From NCBI RefSeq assembly GCF_964355755.1, contig NC_092677.1, forward strand, positions 394,101-458,100: a DNA stretch of 64,000 nucleotides, in the 5' to 3' direction. A model generated the notes under the pieces. It saw only the letters and a list, made by a program, of their open reading frames with translations. It did not search any database and was not told the DNA's origin. Position numbers and translations under genes: made by a program. The DNA is from Antedon mediterranea (taxonomy: Eukaryota > Animalia > Echinodermata). This document shows, piece after piece, positions 12,501-33,383 of this stretch (the stretch's first letter is position 1; every line of letters starts with the position of its first letter).

Positions 12501-15500
12501 ATAAATAAAAACACACAGAAACTAATAAAATGGCAACTAATTGAAAAGTCAAACTCATTTATTTCATCAATTAAATATTTGAAAAAAATCAAATCAAGTA
12601 AGGTACTTGTTTGTAGGCCTTAAATATGATTACTGTATTTTTTTAGTTTTAATTTGTATAATGGCCTAGGCCTAATAATATAGTACTAACAACATGTTTA
12701 TTTCTAAAGGCAAGAATAACAAACAGCTTTATTTATTTACCTTCAATATTAAATCTATGAGAAACCTCAATTATGAGAATCATTTAAATTTCTGTCACCG
12801 TACATTTCATTATAATGAAAACCTTTAATTTAAAAGACATTTAATTAATAAGAGCTGGTCAAATTTTTTTTAATGTCAACATGCTGTCCATAAATAGCCG
12901 CTTTCAAGTGATGCAAATGTTTTCTGGAGTCAGATCCTATAAAAAATATAGAAATATAAAAAGTATGTTAATTTAAATATGTATTTGAAAGATGGGCTAG
13001 AGGTATAGGCCTACTGCATGATAAATTAGGCTGAAAAACCTAGCATGTGGTCCTAGGCCTACTACAAGGCCTAGCTTAATGTTTTAAATCCCATAAAACG
13101 TTTGAATTTAATACAAGTACAAAATCTAATTTATATAGAGTTGTAAAGTGTGGTACATTCAGTACATTAATTAAAATAAATGAGAATGGGGCCTAATATT
13201 AATAAATAAACATGTAAAAAAATTGGCCTAAACGACTACGTGTGTATCTTATACGCATTGATTAACACGCAGTACGCGTTGGACCATCAAGGCTAGGCCC
13301 AGCTTCGCACAAACCACCGTTACATGTGATTTGTTTACCTATTTCAATCGCCATTTAAAAAATACCTGAAAATATCAACATGCCCATTTTTTGTCAAACG
13401 AATATTTACATTACATAGTAACTTTTTATTTAGTCACTCGTTTACTCAAAAATTGAGGAATTTTGTTATGGTCTCGTAAAAATGTACAATATTATTATTG
13501 ATAAAAACCGTATAAAATCTAACAAAAAGAAGAGCAAATTTAATGATTACCTGACACGCTCATAACTGCTATCCTGTTCCAAAAACCAAGTCACATGCTT
13601 CTTCAACCCTTGCTTTAATTATTCTCATGAATTATTCATAAGGAACTATAATTTAAGGCTTTCAATTGGTTAAAAGAGTTTAACCCTATTAAAATTTTAA
13701 ATTCACATCATTTCCGGGTGATGTTGTCGCGCTTCGATGAATCTCAGAAATCACAAATGACCGTTAGAGGGCTCACTACTTTTTGTCTAGTCTAAATGAA
13801 TGTGCATTCTAAGCACCTCCTTGATCATTGGTAATATTACAGATATCTCCCACCCCCGCACTCTAGGATTTTTTAAGTTACACCCATTCTAAGCACCTCC
13901 TTGATCATTGGTAATATTACAGATATTCCACCCCCCCCCCCCACCCTCCCCAGCACTCTAGGATCTTTGAAGTTACATCCCTGTTTTAATGGTATTATTA
14001 GTATAGTAATAAAAAATGCGAATTCAGTAAACTATGTTAATATATGAAACTGCAGAAATGACAGAGACAGAGAAACATTGACCACAAATTTAGTAAAACC
14101 TGTACACCATGAAATAATACATAAAATATGGATTTTCATTTTTAAGAGAAATTAACAAAATATTATTTATATTATGTGCAAATTGAAATGTTGTGTTCAA
14201 TGGTAAACAATTGATAAATAACAATTAATTTACGAATGCATGATTTTAGTTAAAAAGCAAAAAAAAAAGAAGCTGATACTATAGTACAGTAGTAAAAATT
14301 GCCAAAAATATTGGTTATATAGATTTGTGACTCATTGCTCTGGTCCCTGTCATTAATAGTGGTTGTACCTTGTTAGTAGCGGTGGATTTTTTAGAAGTGT
14401 CTGGGGTGTTCTGGGCGGAGCCACTAGATGTGGTGGTAGTGGTAGTTACTGTGCTAGTTGTACCGCTATTATTCGGTGCGGTAGTAGGTATAGCAATTGT
14501 CCAATGAGATGGGTCCTATGAAAACAAAATGTGGCATATTACTATCGATAGATATATCAAGTAGCAATATTTATTAGTGAAAATGATCACACAAAATGTA
14601 GCGACGACGAGAAATAAAGAATATTATATTAAAATAAGTATATTATATATCAGCACAAAAATTCAGATTTTTTTAATGAATATTTTGCTGCATAATATTA
14701 AATACAAGACTGTTAGTGTTAGAAAACATGCGGACAAATATTATAAAAATGAAAACCAGTTTGCTATAAATTGAATTGCAATATAAACATTACAACTAAC
14801 ATATAATGACAACCCTTCCTGAACTCTTTTAGTCAACTATTTAAATGGGTTTATCTAATGATGTGCTAAAACCTTTGTATTATGATGAATGACAACCTAG
14901 AAACCTCCACCCACTATTAAAGTTGTTGCCAACTTGGACGCAACTCACAATGTCAGCGCAACACAAGTGAGTTGACCAAGCGACGTTGTTATTGGTCAAA
15001 TTACTTGCGGTTTGGTTACATCCTTTCGTTGCTTCCAAGTGGAAACCAAGCTTTTTACACCATGCTGTGGCATGCCTCACTAAACTACAGAAAGTGTAAT
15101 ATGCCCCGACCATCATCAACACACTATTCATTCAATCTTACCTCTAGCCAATCATCATCCTCTATTTCCCTATCGTCTCCTCGTCCTTCTAGCGGTGCTG
15201 AGCTATTGATAACGGTGATCTTCTTGGGGTCATACGGGTCAATCTTTATCTTTTCTGTCCCTTTAATTTCGCATCGACAAAATGGACACCCTTGATTTTC
15301 ATTGTCCTGTAGATTAAGCAAAGTATTTTTTTTCATGGTTTGTGGACTGTACTATTTATAAAGAGGGGTGTTCAATGAATTTTCTACTTTTTGAGTACAT
15401 CTCGCTCTTTGAGGAGAATATGGCATTTGTCGGTTTATCCAGGTAAGCTACTGTAGGCCAAAATAGACTAAGCAAAATATTGCTTGTTTATCAAATCTAG

Positions 15501-18500
15501 AAACTGCTTCTCTAATCTCGGTCATACAAATTTTAGAAATGACACATAAGAATTAACAATTAAACCCAACTTACCTTGTTAGTATGCATTCTTAGCTGAA
15601 AGATAAACAGACTTTGTTTAATAGTTATACAGTATGGATATAACAATACATTCTGTAATGTGCATGGATATTAAATAACATTAATAATAACTTTTTATAG
15701 AATATAAAAATGTACTAGTAGTAGTGAGATTTGATTTTATACTGGGTGACTTATAAAGGCCAATTTACAGATGAGCAGTAACGGTAATAAAAATATAGAA
15801 TCTATGTTATTCCTTATGACCATTTACACAAAGCGTGGAGCGGACGGGCGGTTTCCGCTCAGGATAGATATAGATTCTGTGTGGCACAAGCTACGCAGTT
15901 TTCTTCTCTTAAGACTGTTCTTCCACCAGCAGGCCTAACAGTAAATGATCAGCATACCAGAGATATTCCTTAATCTTTTCAAATAGTGGGATACAAAGTT
16001 CTTTATAATGAGGCAATAAAGTATCTTGCATAAAGGATAATATGCCAAGAAGTTAAAAACTGCAGTGATGTGTGAGAGTACTGTAGTATTATGTATGGCC
16101 TGAGCCAGAAGATAAGAGACACACTCACCTGCCATGCATTCAGACAAGGGGTACACAGGAGGTGTCCACACGGCTCTAATCTCACATCCTTGTCATTCTC
16201 CGCACAAATCTTACATAGTTGAAATGTAGAACCCATTTCACAATACAACTCATACTGGTCTTGTGAAACATGAATGTGCTCTTCATGCGGCTTAATTAGG
16301 ATACTGGTGAGGTCAGGGTTCATATCATCTCCATCAGGATACAAGTAACTAAAGTTAAACATGAAATGTCATTTATTTCGACCTAATTAACAAACGAAAA
16401 GTCTCCATAACAAAAGAAACATTGTACTGGTTTCTATGAAAAAAATTTACTTTTATTTTTGAATCTGCAACTTTTGATTTTACAAAAATTATTGTCAAAC
16501 AAACAATTAAATGCAATAATTAATCATGAGATTTCATGCACAAATTGTGAAACTTTGATGCAAATTGCAATCATATTTTTAATGACATGCACTAGCTCCA
16601 GTATAACTTACAAGCCTTCCTTATTGCCATCAATCAATGCCTGACAAAGTGATTTGTTCTGGGGAATGGTCTGTAAGATATTACCTTCTTGCGTTACATA
16701 GCCAATCGCCCACTGGCCTAGACGCGTGCAGCTCAGACGAAAAATATAGCTGGAAAAAAAAGAAAATTTTTTAATTTCATGATGGAATTCCCTCTATTTA
16801 CCATTGTTTTGCCAGGGAGATGAACATTTTGCTTTCTTTTAAATTTTATATTTTATTTCTTTTTAACAAAAAATTAAATAAAATGAAAAGAAAAAGAAAC
16901 TTACACCAAAAGCAAATAACAGGCCTACTGTATAGGTTTCATGAATCCTATTAATAACTATGTATGTTTCTTTTATGTTTGTTAGTGTTACCCCTATGGA
17001 AACAAGCTCTAGAGCTTATATGATTATCCTCTTGCTCTCATCCTGTCATTTGTATGTATTTGTAATATTGTATTTCATGAATGAGCAACAAATAAAAAAC
17101 AAACTATTTAAAATGTATTCATATAACTAAACATTTTGTGCTTTGTTGTGAATGTCTTCTCTACAACAGTATTTGATATTCATAGAAATGTTATTGAATT
17201 GTTAATATTGTTACTACTGTACCTTCCTGGTTTGTGAATATATTTATTGAGTCGTTGTTTCACCTCATCATATGTCATAAAGGACATGTAGCCTTTGTGT
17301 TTCACAGCTAAGCTGTTCCAATTCACCAAAAGTGAGCTAAACGGTTGAAAGAGTCGAGTAAACACATCAAACTCAAAGTTAGATATGTAGTCATTGCAGG
17401 TGAGATCAATCGTTGTTTTCAGAGCAATCGCTTCAAGACCAGAATGGATGGGATGGACCTCAGCTAGGGTCTGCCGAAACGCACGCCAAGTAACTATAGT
17501 TCTGCAAAGAAACAAAAAAGGTTATTTTTTCAAAAACAATTTTGTTTTATTTGTTTACCTTTGTTGGACAATCAATTCTCTCTTTCCATAGTATTAAGTT
17601 CTGTCTACACTATCAAACTAGATAGACAAAAAATGTGATGATGATGTGCCCAGATATGGTAGTGATATGCTCAAATATGGTAGTGATATGACACCATCAT
17701 GTCCATATATGGGCACATTTTTTGGTCACATAAAGTTTGATAGTGTAGACAAGGCTTTATATTCATTTTATTTGTTGTTACCATTTTAGTGATATTGTTA
17801 TTAGCAATCTAAATTGTGGGTGATTCATCAACATGTCACTTTCTCTTGTATTATTATTCATTTTATTTGTTGTTGCCGTTTTTTTTAACCACCATGATAT
17901 TGTTAATGGCAATTCCTAAATTGTAAAAACAATCCAACATAATGTGTTGAAAATGTTAATCATTTTAAGTAGAATCCAATAATTTTGAAACCCTAAAACG
18001 CTACAAAGTGAAAATAACGACTGTCAGACACGTTGGGTAGATTAGTATCTAATTAATAGATTGGACATGATTGAAGATGCGACCAATCAGAATACAATGT
18101 TACTGTCATGTGATCAACAAACACTCCATTGATGATTAGTGTTACTATTTGTGTCAGTATGGTAGTTTTATTCTTAATGGTAAGCAGTCAAATTACATCA
18201 TCATATTAAGTATGTACTTATTGTACATCATAGCCTCATTTTAGCATGGATCATTTTTTCAACATCATTCAGTTTTATCTTCATTTAAGTTAGTGTTCAA
18301 TTGTTCTTTTTAATCTATCCATCCTAACCATTTTTTTTCTATAATAAGAGATTATTATAATCTCTTATTAATCAATATGTAATACATTCAAAAAATTGAT
18401 TGAATTTGAATTTTATTGATAATATTATTTGTTTGTTTTTCTATATAAAATATTGATATTCATATTGATTAATATTGATTATTGATATTCATATTGATTA

Positions 18501-21500
18501 TTGATTAATATTGATTATTGATATTCATATTGATTATTGATTAATATTAATTATTGATATTCATATTGATTAATATTGATTATTAATACAATAAACTGAT
18601 GACTATTATTAATACATATACCTTTAATTATTCAAATTCCAACTGTTTTGTTGTTAAGTTGCATTGTGTTTTATTGGGCCACATTTTGAATTGAAGCAGG
18701 GTTCACCTTGAGTTTTTATGTTACTTGCGTAAATCCATAATAATTAGACATGCTCTCTATATTATAGAATCAATGGGTAATACGATGACTCATTAATGAG
18801 CAGATGATCCCTAGGTTTATTAATTTAATCAATCACTGTAAAGCTATATAATAATGAACTTAACAATGTAAAATTATTGTTTTTGTAATGATTGATCATC
18901 AGTCAAATTATACTGTACAGTTTAAATTGTATTTTGTCGGTCAGAAGTAAAACATAATCATTTTTTTTGTGGTTTTCCTTTTCCTTTCAGCAACCAAAAC
19001 CATAAGGAAACCACTGTTCATTCAACAACATGACTTTACATAAATGTTCATAGCAATGCTGGTATGAACATATTTTTAACAAAATTTACTTCAAAATTAG
19101 GCAAATGTAAAAATCAAAATTATATGTAGGTTAATCTCTTATGATATAAAACTGTAGGCTATAAGATATCGTCTATTAATAGTAATCCCATGGGATTAAT
19201 AATGGGTCCACATAGGGGATTAATGGGTTCACATAGGGGATAAATGGTTAGTTAATCCCCATGAGTATTAGTGGTTTCTACAGTGAGTGGGTCGATCCAT
19301 TGAAACGATAATCATAATTTGAAAGTGAATAAAAAAATAAATTTATATGAATTACTGCATAATTATCTGCAACATTACCCAAAATGCAACAAGGTAATGT
19401 GGTAAAAAAAAAGAATATGTTACAATAGTTGACTTATTTTGATTCTAGAAATTCTAGAGCAATGATCAGTTAAATATGATGTTCCAATCATCACCATTGA
19501 TTTAGCATTTTAACCAGTTTAATATGAAATTTGTCCTGTTTTTGTTAATAAAGCTCTGTCTACACTATCAAACTTTATGCGACATAAAAATGTGATGTGT
19601 CCATATATGTATATGATGATGTCATATCACTACCATATTTGGTATATCACTACCATATTTGGGTATATCACTACCGTACCACATTTGGGTATATCACACT
19701 TTTTTTGTCAAGATAGTTTGATACTATAGACAGAAATTGATTCTCACGGGTATTAATCAGCTCGCATCAGAAACCTTTTCTAAAGTTGTTAAATTCAAGG
19801 AAGTACATACATGTTTATCCAGTAGTATAACAATGCAACTTACTTTCATTGAATACAATTCAGCGACGCTATTTCTTAGACCATCATTCAATTTTTGGAA
19901 TATACAGTCATTTCTATTGTAAACCTGTTTATGCTCCATGACATTTATTTTTACAATACATTTAAAAAACATTTCCTGGATTGAACAACGTAACTGATCA
20001 ATACAGTTAGTTATCATTATTTTTATTTACAGTACAGTACAGCATACACAATTTCAGAGAAATCTATTTAAACATCTCAAATACATCTGTAGATAGGATA
20101 CTGTAGGTGCCTGTAAACTAACAATTAATCATTTCTAGAACAGTCATCTTTTCAAATACCGGACACCTACAGTATAGGCTGGCCACAGTAAATATATCTG
20201 GTTTCCTGAAAAGTCTGGTATCTGGTATGTGTTTTTAATGGTAAAAGTTAATTTGAACTGTTTGGACTTCAAGAAAAGTCTGTATTGGGAGAGTACTGCT
20301 GTAGTTACTGTACAATCATAAAAAGTGCAAAATGCAGTATATAAAGTATAAAAAAATACCTGGTCAATAAAAAATAAAACTGACAAGAATACTGTCTCAA
20401 AGCCATGTCAAATGAATAAATTGTTGAATATAAGCTGGTCTAACATCTTGTGCGCTGTATGTTTATGTTATTGCACTAGACTCACTGCTAACTGGTTTAA
20501 TATCCAAAAATTGGTGATAGACCTGAACAATAAAGATTATTAAAATCAGACTTTGAACAGGCCATTTTGTAAATTTAATCAAGTTAATCACTAAATAGTA
20601 AAGGATGGAGTTTTATACTCCATCTAATGTAGAAAAAAAATGATTTTACTTCAAAATACTGTAAACAGTTAAATGCAATAAATAGTCGGAGTGGATGATA
20701 GAAAATTTAACCTTTTTTTGCAGTTTTATCAGGTAAATCATTTTTGGTCAAAGTGAATTTGGATATGGACATTAAAATGTCATATTCAACAAATAAAATT
20801 AATTTTCAAGGAGATAATATATCTGGAAACAATACACCAAAATTCACTAAAGGAGTGTGGACTTCCATACTGTGTATATACTGTACATTCTAGTAGCAGG
20901 AAATAATGCCTAAACATTGTACAGTGTGTGATCAGGGAAGTAGATTTGGTGTTTGTTTATTTAGATCTCAAGATTGTTTGTTTTTCACACTGACATTAAC
21001 TAATAATTTGAATTTTAAGAGACACCATTGCATAGCATTGACTACAGTTAGGTACTCCTGTGTAGCAGTTGGCTATCCAAATGTACACTGGCAAACATGT
21101 TACTTGTTTTAAGGTACTCCTGTGTAGCAGTTGGCTATCCAAATGTACACTGGCAAACATGTTACTTGTTTTAAGGTACTCCTGTGTAGCAGTTGGCTAT
21201 CCAAATGTACACTGGCAAACATGTTACTTGTTTTAAGGTACTCCTGTGTAGCAGTTGGCTATCCAAATGTACACTGGCAAACATGTTACTTGTTTTAAGG
21301 TACTCCTGTGTAGCAGTTGGCTATCCAAATGTACACTGGCAAACATGTTACTTGTTTTAAGGTACTCCTGTGTAGCAGTTGGCTATCCAAATGTACACTG
21401 GCAAACATGTTACTTGTTTTAAGGTACTCCTGTGTAGCAGTTGGCTATCCAAATGTACACTGGCAAACATGTTACTTGTTTTAAGGTACTCCTGTGTAGC

Positions 21501-22902
21501 AGTTGGCTATCCAAATGTACACTGGCAAACATGTTCCTTGTTTTAATATAAATTCATGATTTTGTTTCAATGGATGTTTGGATAGAAAAAATAAAAATCT
21601 GTTAAAAGTGCAAAATGGCCATCCATATTGATTTTGAAAACATACTTTTAATTTATTTAAAAGTATATATATAACAAAATAAGATACCACGGATTACAAC
21701 TCAGCTTTAAATTAATTAAGTTGAGATTTTGTCTTCTTTAATTTACCATCTTGCAACCTCCGGTATAAAGCTTTCAAACAATAGGTCATTAATATTAAAT
21801 ACATAGTAGGCCTTGGAATATGACAATTGATCTACTGTATTATCCAATTGGATTTGAAGACAAATATATCATACTAATGTTGGTAAAGGAACCCTAAAAG
21901 ATGAGTCAGAATATTTTTAGGTTGAGAGGCATTTTATACCAAACTGTTAAATATACTTGGATTTAATAATGAAAAAAAGACATCGCCTACACACAAATTG
22001 ATAACACCACAAACATACCACTCAATATAAATCTTATAGTTGGTAAAAATAACTAATAAACAGACAATACAAAAAAAAATAATGATAAATTATATAAAAT
22101 TATTTTTTAAATAATATTGGAATGTAAATAAAAACAGTAATTTAAAAAATTATAATAAAAAGATAAATATTAATAGACTTTCTTTTATTACACTTCTAAA
22201 CAATAATAACTATGTATCCTTTTAGCTAGTAAGTATCATACTTAAATATTACTATTAAGTAAGTATCATACTTAAATATTACTATTTCATACATAATAAT
22301 AATACATTATTATTTATACCTGTACTGTATGTTGGAAAATTATTTAAAACATTCATTTCTTTCTAGTCTTACCTTGTTCCAAAATTCTTCTTCCAGAAGT
22401 CTGAAGCATCCTGCTTTGTAATCCTAAAATGAGAGTCGATGTAAATACCGTTTGGAAATACCGCTTTTATCTCCGCTAAATTATGACTAAAGATTAACGA
22501 GAGTCTATTTAATTCACGCCGGCACGTTGCAGACTCATCAAACATTCGTTCTTTGTTGTCCTTAAAAAGTTTAATTGTCTGTTTCGTCTTGCGCATAATA
22601 TTATCGACGAAGATCCGAAAGTATTCTATTTCATTCAAAACATGAACACGATCTTCATATTTGGTCCAGATAGTTCGTAGATGATGATACGTGTCCGGGA
22701 GAATGTCAAGAATATAAGGGGGGCTGTTTTTTAGTTTCATTTTGGGATGTTGGCAAAGCCGCATTACTTTTTCCATCCATCTCCATGTTCGTTCGAGTGT
22801 TCTGCGGTCAACAGTTGGTCTTGTTGGTGCTACAAGATCAGCTACCGCACCTCCCAGTTTACTTAAGCCGCTTAAAAAAGCTCTGGCACCACCGCTTGCC
22901 AT
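3587..22902 (-). CDS. CBL: E3 ubiquitin ligase CBL (TKB 4H/EF/SH2 - RING - proline-rich - UBA), 10 coding exons, ~874 aa
   Basis: Exons 22902-22373, 17501-17223, 16749-16612, 16348-16129, 15306-15142, 14515-14369, 10725-10503, 9789-9289, 7757-7624, 3874-3587. All introns are GT-AG and phase-consistent (2625 nt). Motifs: [78 protein letters not shown], and a C-terminal UBA ([16 protein letters not shown]). The low-complexity exons 6-9 are less certain. Confidence 0.96.
4003..7100. mobile_element. Non-autonomous DNA transposon with ~800-bp terminal inverted repeats (Academ-like), in the last CBL intron
   Basis: ~4003-4820 is the reverse complement of ~6300-7100. Termini TAGTA(c/g)AGGCTATAT...ATATAGCCTCTACTA, flanked by TAG on both sides (4000-4002, 7101-7103). 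The superfamily call is an inference from TAG ends, a 3-bp TSD and long TIRs. Confidence 0.85.
4820..5825 (+). pseudogene. Degraded CR1/L2-type LINE reverse transcriptase fragment nested in the long-TIR element
   Basis: Frameshifted RT motifs [47 protein letters not shown]. Confidence 0.9.
7826..7953. mobile_element. MITE family B copy (AGCTTGGTTTCC...GGGAACCAAGCT)
   Basis: Terminal inverted repeat plus internal ttgaccaatcac / gtgattgg palindromic arms. Relatives at ~14900-15052, 28080-28160, 33516-33652, 36640-36724 and 37450-37507. Confidence 0.75.
9078..9233. mobile_element. MITE family A copy
   Basis: ctacactatcaaact...agtttgatagtgtagacagagct followed by taa. Confidence 0.85.
10029..10168. 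mobile_element. MITE family A copy
   Basis: agctctgtcta...tagacagagct TIRs. Confidence 0.85.
10250..10368. repeat. Minisatellite, ~4 x 29 bp (aattcaaatgtttaacatccattcacact)
   Basis: Direct reading. Confidence 0.85.
11130..11317. mobile_element. Short hAT-like non-autonomous element (CAGGGGCGGATC...GGATCCGCCACTG)
   Basis: TIRs with CAG/CTG ends, flanked by ATTAGCA on both sides (11123-11129, 11318-11324). Confidence 0.75.
11379..13980. repeat. ~80-bp minisatellite (~6 copies) split in two by a transposon insertion
   Basis: Unit ggtaatattacagata...cccgcactctaggatctttgaagttacacccattctaagcacctccttgatcatt at 11379-11677 and 13805-13980. Confidence 0.9.
11678..13804. mobile_element. 2127-bp non-autonomous CAC...GTG DNA transposon with 4-bp TSD (Chapaev-type) and RSS-like bipartite ends
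   Basis: TSD CATT at 11674-11677 and 13805-13808, confirmed by empty-site units of the host minisatellite (acc-catt-ctaag). Ends are CACACTC-N21-ACAAAAAGT and CACATTC-N11-ACAAAAAGT. No transposase ORF. Confidence 0.85.
17597..17756. mobile_element. MITE family A copy
   Basis: tctgtctacactatcaaact...agtttgatagtgtagaca. Confidence 0.85.
18452..18586. repeat. AT-rich low-complexity tandem repeat (tattgat-based)
   Basis: Reiterated tattgatattcatattgat / tattgattaa units. Confidence 0.8.
19552..19734. mobile_element. MITE family A copy with expanded internal atatcactaccatattt unit
   Basis: TIRs and internal consensus match. Confidence 0.85.
21051..21546. repeat. Minisatellite, 8 x 62 bp, nearly identical copies, CBL intron 1
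   Basis: Unit ggtactcctgtgtagcagttggctatccaaatgtacactggcaaacatgttacttgttttaa starting at 21051, 21113, ... 21485. Confidence 0.97.
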
Positions 22903-23259
22903 CACTGCTTCTCAGTCCAGTCCACTGGCTGCCTCTTCGTTTACCTTCAAAAAACAACAAAAAAACCTAGCCTTGCACAGCAGCTAGCCACACAACACGG
23001 TAAAAAGGCTTTATTCACCGACCTGCGCCACTGCTTACCGGTAAACTGAGATTTTATATGTTAAAACATTATCAAAATATTACTCATCTTTCATTTTGTC
23101 CACATTTTGTTCTTTTTTTAGAGAAATAACACGATTTATCTGAGATTCACCATCGAGATGTATCACCTCCTGTGGGCAGATTGTTGAACAGTGTGAACGC
23201 GGAAGTAAATACACGCCCTCTATAGTGCTTCCGCATACACGTCATTTAATTTAGCAAAA
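22903..23259. promoter_or_regulatory. Putative bidirectional promoter / 5' UTRs between CBL and TBC1D23
   Basis: Only 357 bp between divergent ATGs. ETS-like CGGAAGT (~23200) and CTTCCG (~23228) motifs are present. Confidence 0.7.
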
Positions 23260-30960
<7,701 letters not shown>

Positions 30961-32936
30961 ACTTTTACACCTCTTCATATCTTACTCTACCACCTGCTAA
31001 GTACAGTAACTTCACATTTAACCTTTGACCTTAATTCTAAATACTGGAATATATTGAAATAAGTAATTGATGATAGAATGATATTACAGTATATATATAC
31101 TTTTTTATTTTGGATAAACTTTGAACTTGTTACAGTTATGTAAAAAATGTATGTTTAATTCAGCTTTCTTCCGTTTCTCAGTTTAACATAAAAAAAACCT
31201 ATGTACGTAAGTGGGAGAAAGCAATGAAGAAACAGGAAACCCGAATTACACATACATTTTCTACATATTCTTTTTTTTTTCCACTGAAATATGACTATGA
31301 ATAGTGATTACAGATACCATTTATCTGTGGGAATGTGTGTTTATATAGCTTTACAGTCTTAATAGAAATGGTATGCATGAATGCGTATTAATAAAATTTA
31401 TTTGAAGAAATTATTAATATATATGAATCAATTTAAATGTATAAAAAAAAAAAAACTGTCTTCAAAATGCATTGAAGGTATCAATCATTGAAGGTATCAA
31501 TCATGTTATATGTGTTTGAAATAATTATTATTTTGTGTTTAAATTATTGACCATAAAGATTTCAAATGAATTGTACTGTATAATAAACATAAAATATATA
31601 AACAGTAAGATTTGCGATTTCAATATTTTAAAATTGTTTTTGTGGATAACGATCTACAACCAAATTGTCTGTACTGTATCTCCACATAATGCATAGTACA
31701 TCCAGTATTAATAGGTAAATTCTATAATAAAGTGTCACATATATCACATGTGATGCTTGCATTGCACTGTAAAGTTAGGGTAATATGCTTATGCCCTATG
31801 ATAAAGGTGTCACATGTTATAATATGTACATACACTGTATTATAGAATTTGATATTGGACAAATTTGCCAAATTAAAATACAAACATGTCATATTTATTT
31901 TAGTGTTACTGTTGTGTATACAAAACGTTGATATATACAAGGCCATGTGTTAGTTGCAAGCTAGAAAATCACTAAGAATCTTGTTGTTTTTATGTAACAT
32001 TATTTTGTTTTTGGTGTATTTATTTCCGAAGGCTTACCTTTGTATACTACATTATTTATAGGGTCTTTATTTCATTATTTTTATTATTTACAAAATGCAA
32101 TAATAATAATGCCATTCATGTGTTGGTGATTCAATAGAAATACATTTTAATTCAAACATTAATGTGCTAATGTTGTCATTAATGCCAAGTGTCTGATACT
32201 ATAAGGATAAATTTAACAAAACATGTTTGTTTAATGTTTTTTTAAAGAGATTCTAAAAGCTCTTTCTAATGTTATTGTGAACAATACCAATATAATATAA
32301 TATACTTAAGATTTTCAGAAATTCTAAATCACCCATGTGGAATTTATGATTACATTACAATGAATAAAAATACCAATTCAAAAATAAGTTTTGTTCATTA
32401 ATGTACCTAATGTTTTTTTTATTCTACCAATTTAGTCATCACTATCAAATCAATCAAAGATGGGTTTTGTTCATTAACTGTACTTAACATTTTTGATTTT
32501 AAACATTTAGACATATAGTCAAGTAGTGCATCAATCGTAGAAGGTTCCTCATAGCAATAAAGTTGAGCCTGGATTTTAACAAAAGAGTTAAAAGAAAAAC
32601 TAGCATCTTCATTTGCAGGTATTCACTAAGTCTGTCTTTACTTTACAAATAATACAATAATTCAGAAAACATTTTAAGTTCAGTTTATATTTATTCATCA
32701 ACATTTACAATACAAAAATAAAAAGTTAGAAAATGTTAATGAGGTAAAAAAAGTTAGGTAAAACTAAACTAGAAAATTACTTTTATTTTAAATTTTCAGT
32801 ACTAGAAATAATTTGAGGACCTTCCCATAGAAGATCAATCCTGGAGTAACAAGTAAGTAAGCAATTCAATACAATATTCTAGTAATCTTTATATTTGGAG
32901 CAGCCAGTCATCTTGATTGGTATGCCTACTCTATAA

Positions 32937-33085
32937 AGCTCTGTCTACACTATCAAACTAGTTTGACAAAAAAAGTGTGATATGCCTAAATATTGTAGCC
33001 ATATGCCTAAATATGGTGGTGATATGACATGTCCATATATGGGAATTGTTTTTGTCGCATAAAGTTTGATAGTGTAGACAGAGCT
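32937..33085. mobile_element. MITE family A copy with perfect TIRs
   Basis: agctctgtctacactatcaaact / agtttgatagtgtagacagagct. Confidence 0.9.
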
Positions 33086-33383
33086 GTAGAGTGTATTCTT
33101 GTTGAATGCTTTGATGAGATGAAGGGAAGTCAATTAATCTATTTTATTATTTTAAAAAAAATGTATATTATATACATCAAAATACATTGTAGATGTACAG
33201 TATTTCATCAGGTTATTCTATATCTCGTAAACTTCGTAAATATTGTCAACTATTTCTAATTGTCTAAATTTGACAATTTGTATAGCTATTTAGAAGTCTT
33301 GTGTACAAAGCCCATACAAATATAGTCATGGTGTGCTCAAAATGCTAATATAGTTCACTAGCTGTAAAGAAGGCGGAATGTGA

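Noticed and set aside
11678-13804. Calling the element a Transib/ProtoRAG transposon outright
   Set aside because: The TSD is 4 bp rather than 5 bp (ccatt vs cattc do not match), and no RAG1/Transib coding remnant is visible.
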